From NCBI GenBank assembly GCA_029973085.1, contig JARKTN010000084.1, positions 2,226 through 66,225 of the forward strand: a stretch of 64,000 nucleotides of DNA, in the 5' to 3' direction. Below the pieces are notes generated by a model. It did no database searches. It saw nothing but the letters and a program-made list of their open reading frames with translations, and was not told where the DNA came from. This document shows positions 47,459 through 56,974 of the stretch, in pieces (the stretch's first letter is position 1; the number at the start of each line of letters is the position of its first letter). This stretch comes from Anaerohalosphaeraceae bacterium. Its GTDB lineage: Bacteria > Planctomycetota > Phycisphaerae > Sedimentisphaerales > Anaerohalosphaeraceae. The position numbers and the translations under genes were made by a program.

Positions 47459-48580
47459 ATGGCAACGACTCTGGTATGTGTAATAATGCTGGCAGGCATC
47501 GCTTATTTTTATCTAAAATGCAATATTATGACTTCGCTTACAAATCTGCTTGCAGCCCTGATGGGATGTATTTTGGCCTTTTCTTACTATGAGCAGTTGG
47601 CCGGCCTGCTGGTCTCTGAATCCTGGGCCGTCGCCTGGATTCAAAGCGCTACGTTTCTGCTGATTTTTTTCTTTGGTTTTCTGTTCATTCGCGTCCTGTC
47701 CGGATTCCTGACCAAAAGCGACTTTGAAGTGACCCAAATAGCCAAGCTGTCCATCAATCTGACCTGCGGGGCGCTGACCGGGATGGTCGTCGCAGGTATC
47801 CTTTTAGTGGCAGTTGGTCTTTCGCCTCTGCCGCCGCGTCTTTTTTACAGCCGATTTCCTCTTTCCAAGCCGATCCATCTGGGACTTTCCTATCCTCCGG
47901 TAATCAATGCGGACGGATTTGCCGCTTCCTTCTATTCCTGGGTCAGTCAAAGTTCCCTGAGTTCATCCAAAAGTTTTGCGGTACTGCACGCCGATTATTT
48001 GACTCGCCTCCACCTGAATCGGTATGCCTTGAGCAAAGACATTCCCGCAGTCTGTTCCTATAAAGCCATCAAACTGCCGTCGGGCAATGTTTCCCCGGTA
48101 CGTTTGCGAAAGTTTTCAGACACGCCGGAGATGATGACCGTAGTTCGGCTGGGGATTTCTGCCAGTGAAATTCACAAGGGCGGAGCGGCCGAAAAAAACC
48201 ATAAGGTGTCTCTGATTGCCGGGCAGGTTCCTCTGATCATCAAAGAACAGGATCAGGCGGGTAATTACACCGGCTCTGCCCAGGTGATTTATCCTGCCGG
48301 AAAGATGAACAAAGGGGGCGCCTTAGAAACGCTTGCATTAGAAAAAAATCCTTTGGATGATGGAAAGGCCGATGAAGACAAAAAAGCGGGGCTAAAAGAG
48401 GGATACTACTGGATGGACCTGGTTTATCAGGTGCCTCAGGGGCGGAAGGCAGTACTGATCGGCTTTAAGCAAAACGCTATTTTAGAACTGCCCAAAGCCG
48501 TTCCATCTACAGAGGAGATAGAAAATGCCCTAAACGGCGAACAATCTGCCTCGGGTATATTACTTAGAAATGAAGGATAG
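47459..48580 (+). CDS. Membrane protein with a CvpA-like four-helix N-terminus and a ~230-aa soluble tail
   Basis: Four hydrophobic segments lie in the first ~140 aa. The resemblance to CvpA is by topology only. It is co-directional with the two ATPase-family genes, after a 30-nt gap. Confidence 0.5.
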   Translation: MATTLVCVIMLAGIAYFYLKCNIMTSLTNLLAALMGCILAFSYYEQLAGLLVSESWAVAWIQSATFLLIFFFGFLFIRVLSGFLTKSDFEVTQIAKLSINLTCGALTGMVVAGILLVAVGLSPLPPRLFYSRFPLSKPIHLGLSYPPVINADGFAASFYSWVSQSSLSSSKSFAVLHADYLTRLHLNRYALSKDIPAVCSYKAIKLPSGNVSPVRLRKFSDTPEMMTVVRLGISASEIHKGGAAEKNHKVSLIAGQVPLIIKEQDQAGNYTGSAQVIYPAGKMNKGGALETLALEKNPLDDGKADEDKKAGLKEGYYWMDLVYQVPQGRKAVLIGFKQNAILELPKAVPSTEEIENALNGEQSASGILLRNEG

Positions 48581-48624
48581 TCCCCCGGAACAGGGAACGC
48601 AAAAGCGGTCTTAGATTCCAGGAT

Positions 48625-48774
48625 TCAGGCGCAAAGAGCGACCTCTTCAAGGTCTATTTCCATCAGGTGCTCAAGATACAAATCCAGATCTTCCCTGGAA
48701 AATTGGGCTAAAAATTCCGGCTTGGCGGATTTATTAATTTCAAGGATGCAATCTATAATTTCCCGTTTACTCAT
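48625..48774 (-). CDS. Small acidic hypothetical protein (49 aa)
   Basis: MSKREIIDCILEINKSAKPEFLAQFSREDLDLYLEHLMEIDLEEVALCA. I chose the ATG at 48774, which is preceded by GGGAGAG, over the track start at 48822. Confidence 0.4.
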   Translation of the reverse strand: MSKREIIDCILEINKSAKPEFLAQFSREDLDLYLEHLMEIDLEEVALCA

Positions 48775-48987
48775 AAATCTCTCCCGTGAGAACTTGTTGG
48801 CTTCCGTGCTTATAGTCAACATATCGGATGGATTCGTGTTTTTTCTTGAATGGCTGTGGAAAGATTGAATCTGTCCTTCTAACTTGCAAAACTACAATAT
48901 ATGATACGCTTGATGGGGCTGACTACTGCATATTGAAACCTTCGTGCCCAGGCAAATGGGGCGATCTGGAAACGTCCAATAAAAACG

Positions 48988-49007
48988 GGAATGCAGATGT
49001 GCATTCC
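48988..49007. repeat. Perfect 8-4-8 inverted repeat; terminator-like on the minus strand
   Basis: GGAATGCA-gatg-TGCATTCC. On the minus strand the hairpin is followed by CGTTTTTATT. Confidence 0.4.
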
Positions 49008-49400
49008 TGTTGTCAAAAAAATTAAAAAAATAAAATATTTTTTATTTGTGTTGCGACAAAGCTAACAAGACTCAAAAATACTTGGGCGGACACAGAAAAT
49101 TGTCTGGAGTAGATGTACAAAAGCCGACTTTTTGAAAATCATTGCCTGCCAATCGCAAATCTGATAAACTATTGATCTGTCGAAACCGCCTCGGTACCCT
49201 GTTTGGTCCCCACCCAGTCAGCGGGATTATTAAGAAATACCCAATCGCGATCTCTGGTTTACTTGAGATATGCTTTTGATGTCATTATTCAGCTATTTTG
49301 GGTCGATTTAATTCACTTTTGGCATTGTCGGAGGTAAATATCAATCCTAAGCCAAGGCAGATAGAAATATAATCTCTGTTCAGATATTTGAGAATTTTTT

Positions 49401-49428
49401 TTGACAAAGGAATTTATTTATCGATAAT
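49401..49428 (+). promoter_or_regulatory. Candidate promoter for the Ser/Thr kinase gene
   Basis: TTGACA (49401-49406), a 16-nt spacer, then GATAAT (49423-49428), preceded by an AT-rich tract. Confidence 0.35.
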
Positions 49429-49479
49429 TGGGTCAAAAGGGTGATATAGTCCATAGAAAGGATAAGCAGAGAGGTTTTT

Positions 49480-50820
49480 TTGGCCGACAACGAAGTAACC
49501 AGTTATGATACCCTTTTCGGGCGCATGGCGTTGGATCAGAAGTTATGCACTGAAGAGGAGTTAAGAGAGTGTCGAAAGGAATTGAAGACCCGTTCGTCCG
49601 GCAGCAATCCGGTGACCATGGATCACCTCATGGTCGAAAAACAGGTTTTGACCCCCTCTCAGGCCGCCCGGGTCAAAGGTTCTATTAAAGAAAGCCGGGA
49701 TGTCTCCAGTCAAATTCCGGGCTATCGGGTACTCGGTAAACTGGGGTCCGGAGCCATGGCTGTGGTATATAAAGCCAAGCAGCTTTCGCTGGATCGAACT
49801 GTTGCCATAAAGGTATTGCCGAAAAAGTTTGTCCAGAAAAGCGACTATGTAGAACGATTCTATAAAGAAGGACGAATTGCCGCCAAACTAAATCACAACA
49901 ACATAGTTCAGGCCATCGACGTTGGCGAGGTCGGCGGCCTCTATTATTTTGTGATGGAATACGTAGAAGGCAAGACGCTGTTTGATGACCTGTCCAAGGG
50001 CAAGATTTTCGGCGAACAGGAGGCCCTCGATATCATCATCCAGCTGGCCAACGCCCTGTCGCACGCCCATGCACAGGGCTTGATTCACCGCGACGTAAAA
50101 CCCAAAAACATCATGATCAGCAAAGAGGGCATCGTCAAACTGGCGGATATGGGCCTTACCCGCGAGATGTCGGATGTCAAGGCAGCCAAACATGAACAGG
50201 GTAAGGCGTTCGGCACTCCCTACTACATCGCCCCCGAACAGATCAAGGGAGAAATCGATATCGACGGCCGGGCGGATATCTACGCCCTTGGAGGAACGCT
50301 TTACCACATGGTCACCGGCCGTGTCCCCTATGAGGCCTCCAGCCCATCGGAGGTCATGCGCAAACACCTCAAGGAACAGCTGGTGCCCCCGGATCATATC
50401 AATACCTCTCTGTCGGCGGGGATTTCTGAGGTCATCGAAGTAATGATGGCTAAGAAAAAAGAGGATCGATACAAGACGATGGAGGAACTGCTCATAGACC
50501 TGCAGGCCGTCCGAGATGGACATCCGCCGGTGATTGCTCGCCAGCGCTTTAATATGGATGCCCTTGGAGAGCTTCAGGACGGTATGGAAATCGCACGGGA
50601 GACCACAAACGAAAAAGTATATTCGGATGAGATCATTTCCAAGTACCGTGTGGCAGTGGTCGTTTTAATTGCCATGGCTGCGGTTCTCTTGCTGATTATC
50701 CTGTTTTTAGCCGTCCAGTTAAAAAACAAGATTGAAGATTCAAAATCGTTTGTTTCCACACATTCGGGCGCTACGGTTTCATGGCACGATCCGCAACAGA
50801 AACCCGTTCCCGTATTTTGA
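49480..50820 (+). CDS. Serine/threonine protein kinase (Hanks type) with a C-terminal TM anchor
   Basis: LGSGAMAVVYKA...VAIKVL, HRDVKPKNIM, DMGLT (DFG-like) and GTPYYIAPE. The start is TTG, preceded by AGAGAGG; an alternative ATG lies at 49525. Confidence 0.85.
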   Translation: MADNEVTSYDTLFGRMALDQKLCTEEELRECRKELKTRSSGSNPVTMDHLMVEKQVLTPSQAARVKGSIKESRDVSSQIPGYRVLGKLGSGAMAVVYKAKQLSLDRTVAIKVLPKKFVQKSDYVERFYKEGRIAAKLNHNNIVQAIDVGEVGGLYYFVMEYVEGKTLFDDLSKGKIFGEQEALDIIIQLANALSHAHAQGLIHRDVKPKNIMISKEGIVKLADMGLTREMSDVKAAKHEQGKAFGTPYYIAPEQIKGEIDIDGRADIYALGGTLYHMVTGRVPYEASSPSEVMRKHLKEQLVPPDHINTSLSAGISEVIEVMMAKKKEDRYKTMEELLIDLQAVRDGHPPVIARQRFNMDALGELQDGMEIARETTNEKVYSDEIISKYRVAVVVLIAMAAVLLLIILFLAVQLKNKIEDSKSFVSTHSGATVSWHDPQQKPVPVF

Positions 50821-51350
50821 ATGCCGCCGGCAACCTGTTCAGCAGCCACGGCTATTGCGGCGCCTCGCTGGATGATATCGTAGTAGCCGCCGGCATTACC
50901 AAAGGGGCCTTTTACCATTACTTCAAAAGCAAAGAAGAAGTCTGCATAGCCCTGCTGGATCAGGCCCTTGCTCAAACCGATGGCCTTTTCGATACCCCCT
51001 CGACTGACACCCCGCAGGAGACCTTGCGGCATTGGGCAAGACAAATTGCGAATCCTGAACAAACCGGGGCCAGCGGCATGTTTCGCCTTGTTTTACGGCT
51101 TTCGAGTGACTTACCTCTCTTTAGCAACCCGATTCCCGACAAAATCAAACGTATTTGGGAAGAGCAGACAACCCATCTTGAAACCCTGATTGCGGCGCTT
51201 CCGGATCGAAATCCAACCTGTAAAGACGCCCGTCGGGCCGCTTTGTTGATCCTTTCAATCTTTATCGGGGCGCTTCGACTTGGTCAAATCCCTGTGGCTG
51301 ATCTGGAGGCCGACCAATTGCTCGAAACGGCGATACGGCTTATCTTATAA
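50781..51350 (+). CDS. TetR/AcrR family transcriptional regulator
   Basis: TRSRILNAAGNLFSSHGYCGASLDDIVVAAGITKGAFYHYFKSKEE is the canonical TetR HTH. Confidence 0.8.
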   Translation: MARSATETRSRILNAAGNLFSSHGYCGASLDDIVVAAGITKGAFYHYFKSKEEVCIALLDQALAQTDGLFDTPSTDTPQETLRHWARQIANPEQTGASGMFRLVLRLSSDLPLFSNPIPDKIKRIWEEQTTHLETLIAALPDRNPTCKDARRAALLILSIFIGALRLGQIPVADLEADQLLETAIRLIL

Positions 51351-51374
51351 GCGGCAAACACGTGCCGGCATATA

Positions 51375-53219
51375 TCAATTCTCGCCGGAGGCAGACGATG
51401 CCGGCTGGCTTAGCGACATTTGCTGCTGAATTGTCTGCATCATTATTTTCTGCTGAACCTGCATAGCCACGGCCATGACCTCCGTCAAGTGCTGTTTGGG
51501 CAGCGCCATTCGAGTTTGGATTCGGCCCTGGTCGATATGGGTCCCAATAGCCATCGAACTTTGCGTATTGATCGCAATTCCTTCCATCGCCTGCGCAAAA
51601 GGCGGTGCAGGCATTCCTTCCGTAAAGGCCGTCTTGGATATTTGGGCCATCATTTCCGACATCCCTTTCATCAGGCGAACGATATTCACAGACAAAATCA
51701 TATCGGCGCTGTTTGCCTGAGGAATCCGATTTATCGCATCCTGCATCTCCTGGGGCATCGGGGGAACACGATCCTGCTGGTCAATCAAATTTTTCAGTTG
51801 TCCGTCTGCGTCAGGCCCCATTGTCATTATCATATGATTTTTGGAAACCGTAAACGGATAAACCAACCCCTCTTTGCCGTATAGGGCTTCTATAGCGGTC
51901 CTTTCCGAAGCCAAAGCGCTGTCGTTCAAGGCAAAACGAACGATGGCCTGATTGATCGACAGTCCTTTGTAATTTTCTTTCTCCTCTTGAATGGTAAAAG
52001 TTGCCGGAACTTTCATATCTAAATACAGTTGGTTCATCAGACCAGCGCTTTCCACAATCGCTTCCGAAAAGGCCTTTGAGTCGCTGACTTCTACGACTTG
52101 GCGCAGAGTAAATGGCGGAAACCCGGCGCAATAGCCGAAAGAAATGGCCGCTTCCGAACCAACGGCAGTCGTACTTTTTTCCATCAACGACTTAAATTTG
52201 GCTATCCGTTCGGCAAAGGCATCTTTATGCCCTATACCCGCTAAAATCTTGAGCATGATTTCGTTAAGCTTTAACAACATTGGCTTGTTCAAATTCATCA
52301 GCCCGTTGATTTGGGATTGAGGATCCAGATATCCGCCTGCGGTAAAGCGAGTGACCATCGGCGATTTACGGGTGAAAATTGAGGCCAATTCCGAACCTGC
52401 TTTCGGCACAAAGGCAGATTCTACAGAAAGCAAATCCGGTTTGAGAGACAGGGTCACGAAAAGAGAATCCATCTGCTGGAGAAGGGCATCGATCTGCTGG
52501 CTCGATTGTGAGATTTTGCTCATCAGTTCGGCAAAGGGATTTTCCGCAGAAGTTTGTTCTTGTTTAAGAAGCGGGGAAACCAGTTTATAAATGGTTTGCA
52601 GATTAACCCGTGCCCAGCAAGGCGCTGAAACGGCTTTTTGCAAATCCGCCGGAGCCAGGACCTCCCCCAGTCCCTTGCCCTTGGCATTTAGCCAGGCATG
52701 AACAATCTCAAATGAATTGCCCCGTATATTGGGCACAATCAGGGCATACAAGTCGCCGAAAACGGGTTTCATAGTAAGATTCATCCCGGAAGCGGCAACA
52801 ATTGTATATTGCTCCTGTGCATACGGTCCATGACAATTAGGGCTGGCGGATACAAACTGGGCAAAGTCGTTGACAGGGACCAAAAAAGCTATTGCCGGTT
52901 CGTTCTGGCCGGGCTGAATAGTTCCCACAATAGCAAACGTGCCGTATTTGTTTATACCGGTCAGCATAGGGTTTCCAAAGATTCCGCCAAGGCCCATATT
53001 CAGCATTAATGAAAGCGACATGGGAGACACCCCTGCCAGATATTGATCCAGTTGTTCCAAAGATCCGCTATAATTATTGATCCGCACACAAAACAGGGCA
53101 TCCTCTGGGATAGATGTCATCAGAGAATCGCTGCCCGCAGCTGAACAAACCGGATTAACGAAAAAATTGAAGATCAAAAACTGACTGACTATGACAACCG
53201 ATACAGTTGCTCTTTTCAT
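51375..53219 (-). CDS. Large hypothetical secreted protein
   Basis: A 614-aa ORF with signal peptide MKRATVSVVIVSQFLIFNFFVNPVCSA. I see no recognisable catalytic motif. Confidence 0.5.
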   Translation of the reverse strand: MKRATVSVVIVSQFLIFNFFVNPVCSAAGSDSLMTSIPEDALFCVRINNYSGSLEQLDQYLAGVSPMSLSLMLNMGLGGIFGNPMLTGINKYGTFAIVGTIQPGQNEPAIAFLVPVNDFAQFVSASPNCHGPYAQEQYTIVAASGMNLTMKPVFGDLYALIVPNIRGNSFEIVHAWLNAKGKGLGEVLAPADLQKAVSAPCWARVNLQTIYKLVSPLLKQEQTSAENPFAELMSKISQSSQQIDALLQQMDSLFVTLSLKPDLLSVESAFVPKAGSELASIFTRKSPMVTRFTAGGYLDPQSQINGLMNLNKPMLLKLNEIMLKILAGIGHKDAFAERIAKFKSLMEKSTTAVGSEAAISFGYCAGFPPFTLRQVVEVSDSKAFSEAIVESAGLMNQLYLDMKVPATFTIQEEKENYKGLSINQAIVRFALNDSALASERTAIEALYGKEGLVYPFTVSKNHMIMTMGPDADGQLKNLIDQQDRVPPMPQEMQDAINRIPQANSADMILSVNIVRLMKGMSEMMAQISKTAFTEGMPAPPFAQAMEGIAINTQSSMAIGTHIDQGRIQTRMALPKQHLTEVMAVAMQVQQKIMMQTIQQQMSLSQPASSASGEN

Positions 53220-53305
53220 ACTAACTACACTCCTTTCTTAACAGGTTTGATATTTTAGACGCAGAAAAGGCAATACACATTACAAGAAAAGTAAATTTTT
53301 TTGTG

Positions 53306-54121
53306 TTATTCTCGGAATAATTTTTGAATTTCTTCTTTTTTAACAGCATTCGCAGCCAAAACTCCGAGCATCTGCCCTTCATATTCCTGTGGATAAATAG
53401 GATAAAGAGATTGTCCCTCCACTGTCGATACATATCCCCCAGCCCGCTCAATCAGAAGCGTTCCGGCCGCAAAATCCCAGAGCCGGCTGTTTGTGGTTAC
53501 CGCCCCGATCATCGCTCCTTTAGCGACATACGCCAGTTGCAGAGCCGTAGAACCCAGACATCGAAATCGGGTTTTAGACATGACTATCTTCAAACCGGAA
53601 GAAATCGACGGATCCAAATAGCTGTCCACTCCAAAACAGGAAAATCGATTGATCTCCTGCTGGTTCACCTGAATTCGAGTACCGTTAATCTGCGCTTCCA
53701 CATCCTCAGCGGCTGTGTACATCGACTCGGTAGCCGGATCGAATATAACGCCCACTACAGGCCGCCCTTCTAACATAGCCGCCACACTGACCGAAAAACA
53801 CAATACCCCATTGGCAAAATTATTAGTCCCGTCGATCGGATCGATAACCCACCAGATCGGCTGGTCGCCTCGGGGCGCCAACTTAAACATTTTTCCGTCA
53901 GGCCCCTCTTCTGCGACAAAGCCGTGATCCGGATACATCTCTTTAATCTGATCGATAATAACCTTCTGACAAATCGGATCGGCCTGCGTCACCAGTTCAT
54001 CCGGACTTTTCCGAGTCGTGCGAATATAGAGGATTTCCTCCAGAGCACGCTGGCCTGCCAGGCGAGCGGCTACCACAGCTGTTTCAAGCATGGCGCTGAT
54101 TTCGGTACGGGATAGGCGCAT
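53306..54121 (-). CDS. Inositol monophosphatase family protein
   Basis: EEGP...WVIDPIDGTNNF and WDFAAG motifs. I chose the ATG at 54121. Confidence 0.85.
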   Translation of the reverse strand: MRLSRTEISAMLETAVVAARLAGQRALEEILYIRTTRKSPDELVTQADPICQKVIIDQIKEMYPDHGFVAEEGPDGKMFKLAPRGDQPIWWVIDPIDGTNNFANGVLCFSVSVAAMLEGRPVVGVIFDPATESMYTAAEDVEAQINGTRIQVNQQEINRFSCFGVDSYLDPSISSGLKIVMSKTRFRCLGSTALQLAYVAKGAMIGAVTTNSRLWDFAAGTLLIERAGGYVSTVEGQSLYPIYPQEYEGQMLGVLAANAVKKEEIQKLFRE

Positions 54122-54174
54122 TGCATTCCTTTCAACTTGACTTTCGCTTTCTGCGGGTCTATTGTACACAGAAT

Positions 54175-54648
54175 ATGACAGAATGCAATCCTCCAACAAC
54201 GGGAAAACCCATCCATAAAATCTCTTTGGGCGGCCGGCTTGCAGCGCTGGGCGTTGCAGGTATCATTGTGTCCGGATTTGTCTTCCTTTGGGCTGTTGAA
54301 CATCGTTGGATTCGGCTGGATTTGCTTTTGGGCGTTTGTGGATTCAAACAACGTACCGGGCTGCCATGCCCAGGTTGCGGATGGACTCATGCAGTTCAGG
54401 CATTTGTCACGGGCCGAATTAAAGAGGCGTTTTGTCTTCAACCGGCGGCGGCCGTCTTTTGTCTGGCAGCTGTTGCGGCAGCAGTTTTTTCTTTACAAAT
54501 CGCTGTATTTGGTGTAGATTCGCCGCCTTTACGGTGGGCACGGTCACCGGGAGGAATAAAAATCCTGACTATCGCCGCAGTAATTATTATTCTGGGAGGA
54601 TGGATGGTGACCCTGGCTCAGGCAATTATGGAATCCGGCGGATCTTAA
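54175..54648 (+). CDS. DUF2752-like membrane protein
   Basis: The CPGCGWTHA motif follows the first TM helix, and three further hydrophobic segments are present. The start is uncertain (54121 or 54175). Confidence 0.55.
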   Translation: MTECNPPTTGKPIHKISLGGRLAALGVAGIIVSGFVFLWAVEHRWIRLDLLLGVCGFKQRTGLPCPGCGWTHAVQAFVTGRIKEAFCLQPAAAVFCLAAVAAAVFSLQIAVFGVDSPPLRWARSPGGIKILTIAAVIIILGGWMVTLAQAIMESGGS

Positions 54649-54664
54649 CCTGCACAGATATCAG

Positions 54665-55330
54665 ATGATAAGAAAGAAATTCATTGTGGCTCTTTGGTGC
54701 TTCTTTCCAATGATGGGAGGGTGCACCCTGCTGGGTTTTCTTTTAAATCCTTCCGCCTCAGAAAAGTCGGTTCCGGCGGTATTTCCTCTGGCGGAATATA
54801 AAGACAAGAGTGTTTATCTTCTGGTTTGTGCGTCTGCCGGAAGCGGTACGGATGTGGATGTGCCGCAGATGCTCAGTCGTGCCATCGCCAAAGACCTGCA
54901 ACAAAAAGTCAAGATCCGTCAGGAGAACATCTTTCAGTCTTCGTTTGCCTCTGCCCAGACTCCTTTTACCTGGTCTCGAGCCGAACAAGAGGCCCGCCAG
55001 GCAAAGGCGGCCTTTCTTCTTTACGTGGAAATTATCGAGTATGAACTTATTGCGCTCCATCAGAAAAATTATTATATGGGTAAACTGACGGCGCGAGCCC
55101 TTCTGCTGAATACCCAAACAGGCCAAGCCGTCTGGCCCGCTGCCCAGGGCGGGCAATTGGTGCGGGCGGCGGTCGATTTTGAAAAAAATGGGCGCTCAGA
55201 AATTTTATGGCGGCTGACAACCGCCGTCACCCATTGCATTGTACGGGAATTTTACAACTGTCCTAAACCGGCCTATTGGTCGGCGGACGAGGTAAAATCT
55301 CTGGATTCTCTAATGGAAAATATGGACTAA
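54665..55330 (+). CDS. Hypothetical lipoprotein
   Basis: Lipobox-like MIRKKFIVALWCFFPMMGGC. No other motif. Confidence 0.5.
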   Translation: MIRKKFIVALWCFFPMMGGCTLLGFLLNPSASEKSVPAVFPLAEYKDKSVYLLVCASAGSGTDVDVPQMLSRAIAKDLQQKVKIRQENIFQSSFASAQTPFTWSRAEQEARQAKAAFLLYVEIIEYELIALHQKNYYMGKLTARALLLNTQTGQAVWPAAQGGQLVRAAVDFEKNGRSEILWRLTTAVTHCIVREFYNCPKPAYWSADEVKSLDSLMENMD

Positions 55331-55349
55331 AACAGGAGATGGAAAAACT

Positions 55350-56936
55350 ATGTACAAAATTCTGATTGCCGACAAACTGGCTCAGGAGGGAATTGACTTG
55401 ATCAATTCGATGCAGGAATTTGAGGCCGTAGTGCGAACCGGCATTAGCGAAGAAGAGCTGGCCTCGATTATCGGGGAATACGACGGCCTGATCATCCGCA
55501 GCGGAGCCAAAGTCACCGCCAAAGTCCTTGAAAAACCCGGTCGTCTCAAAGGCATCGCCCGAGCCGGCGTCGGCATCGACAATGTGGATGTTCCGGTGGC
55601 CACGCGCAAGGGAATTTTGGTTATGAATACCCCGGGGGGCAATACCCTCAGCGCCGCAGAGCATACCCTGGCGCTGATGCTGGCTCTCAGCCGTTATGTG
55701 GTTCCTGCCTGCAACAGTCTGAAGAAAGGAGAATGGGACCGCAAGAAATACACCGGCAACCAGCTGAATAATAAGACCCTCGGGATCATCGGACTGGGCC
55801 GAATTGGAATGTCGGTGGCTAAGATGGCGATCGGATTTAATATGAAGATCCTCGGATACGATCCGTTTGCAGCCACCAAAGAAGCCCATCAGATGGGCAT
55901 CCAGATCACCGATTCGCTCGAACGGATTTACAAAGAATCCGATTATATCACGCTCCATATCCCGAAAAACGAGAAAACCCTGAACCTGATTACGGCCAAA
56001 GAACTGAAGATGATGAAGCCCACCTGCCGGATCATCAACAGCGCCCGCGGCGGCATCATCAACGAAGAAGATCTGTATAATGCACTGGCAGCCAAGACCA
56101 TCGCCGGCGCCGCCCTGGACGTATTTTCCAAGGAACCGCCGGATAACTTCCGCTTTGCGGAACTGGAAAACTGCCTGGTAACTCCGCATCTGGGCGCCAG
56201 TACAGAAGAGGCCCAGGTGGAAGTGGCCGTGGATGCCGCCCAGATCCTGACCGACGCGATCAAAGGCGGTCCGATTCAAAATGCGCTTAACGCCCCGGCG
56301 ATGGGAGCCGGCGTACCGCCGATTATTTGCCAATATGCAAAACTGGCCAAGCGGATCGGCGCCTTGATGAGCGCTATCATCACAGGCCGCCTGAAAAGCG
56401 CACAGATCGAATTTCGGGGAGCCATCGCCGAAATGAATGTAGATTCTGTTTCAACGGGCTTTGCCATCGGGCTGCTCCAGCCGCATTTTGATATCGTGAT
56501 CAACATGGTCAATGTCGGTATGCTGGCCAAAGAACGGGGAATCAGCATCGATCAGACAAAGAATCCTGAAATCAAAGATTATGAATCTACTTTTACCGCC
56601 ATAGTTGAAACCGACAAAGGCAAACGCACCGTAGTCGGAACGGTTTACGGGGGCAATCAGCCGCGAATCATTGAAATTGACGGGTTTGCCATTGAAGTGA
56701 CCCCGGAAGACGCCATGCTGATTATTTACAATGACGACAAGCCGGGCGTTATCGGCGCAGTCGGATCTATCCTCGGCAATCATGGGGTCAACATCAACAC
56801 CATGGGCGTAGGTCACAGACTGAAAGAGGGCAAGGCGGTACTGGCCATTAGTCTGGACAAAACCCCGGGTGAGAAAGCCGCAGCCGAGCTCAGAGCCCTT
56901 GATTTTGTCAATGAATTGTACATCTGCAAACTGTAA
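55350..56936 (+). CDS. serA: D-3-phosphoglycerate dehydrogenase (long form with ASB/ACT domains)
   Basis: GIIGLGRIGMSVA, INSARGGIINEEDL and HLGASTEEAQ, plus a C-terminal ACT domain (PGVIGAVGSILGNHGVNI). Confidence 0.9.
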   Translation: MYKILIADKLAQEGIDLINSMQEFEAVVRTGISEEELASIIGEYDGLIIRSGAKVTAKVLEKPGRLKGIARAGVGIDNVDVPVATRKGILVMNTPGGNTLSAAEHTLALMLALSRYVVPACNSLKKGEWDRKKYTGNQLNNKTLGIIGLGRIGMSVAKMAIGFNMKILGYDPFAATKEAHQMGIQITDSLERIYKESDYITLHIPKNEKTLNLITAKELKMMKPTCRIINSARGGIINEEDLYNALAAKTIAGAALDVFSKEPPDNFRFAELENCLVTPHLGASTEEAQVEVAVDAAQILTDAIKGGPIQNALNAPAMGAGVPPIICQYAKLAKRIGALMSAIITGRLKSAQIEFRGAIAEMNVDSVSTGFAIGLLQPHFDIVINMVNVGMLAKERGISIDQTKNPEIKDYESTFTAIVETDKGKRTVVGTVYGGNQPRIIEIDGFAIEVTPEDAMLIIYNDDKPGVIGAVGSILGNHGVNINTMGVGHRLKEGKAVLAISLDKTPGEKAAAELRALDFVNELYICKL

Positions 56937-56974
56937 TATATCGATTTCGTGATTTATCAGAAGACCTGCCGTCG

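Noticed and set aside
48901-48960. GCCTGGGCA on the minus strand, resembling the 3' pseudoknot box of the ZTP (pfl) riboswitch
   Set aside because: The upstream sub-domain expected for ZTP riboswitches (a GGGTCGTGAC-like element plus CCGGG/GGA boxes) is absent from the preceding ~150 nt. A single 9-mer match is not enough.
55263-56333. 356-aa minus-strand ORF
   Set aside because: It is antisense to serA, whose plus-strand translation carries unmistakable dehydrogenase motifs. The antisense product is Gly/Arg/His-rich with no motif.
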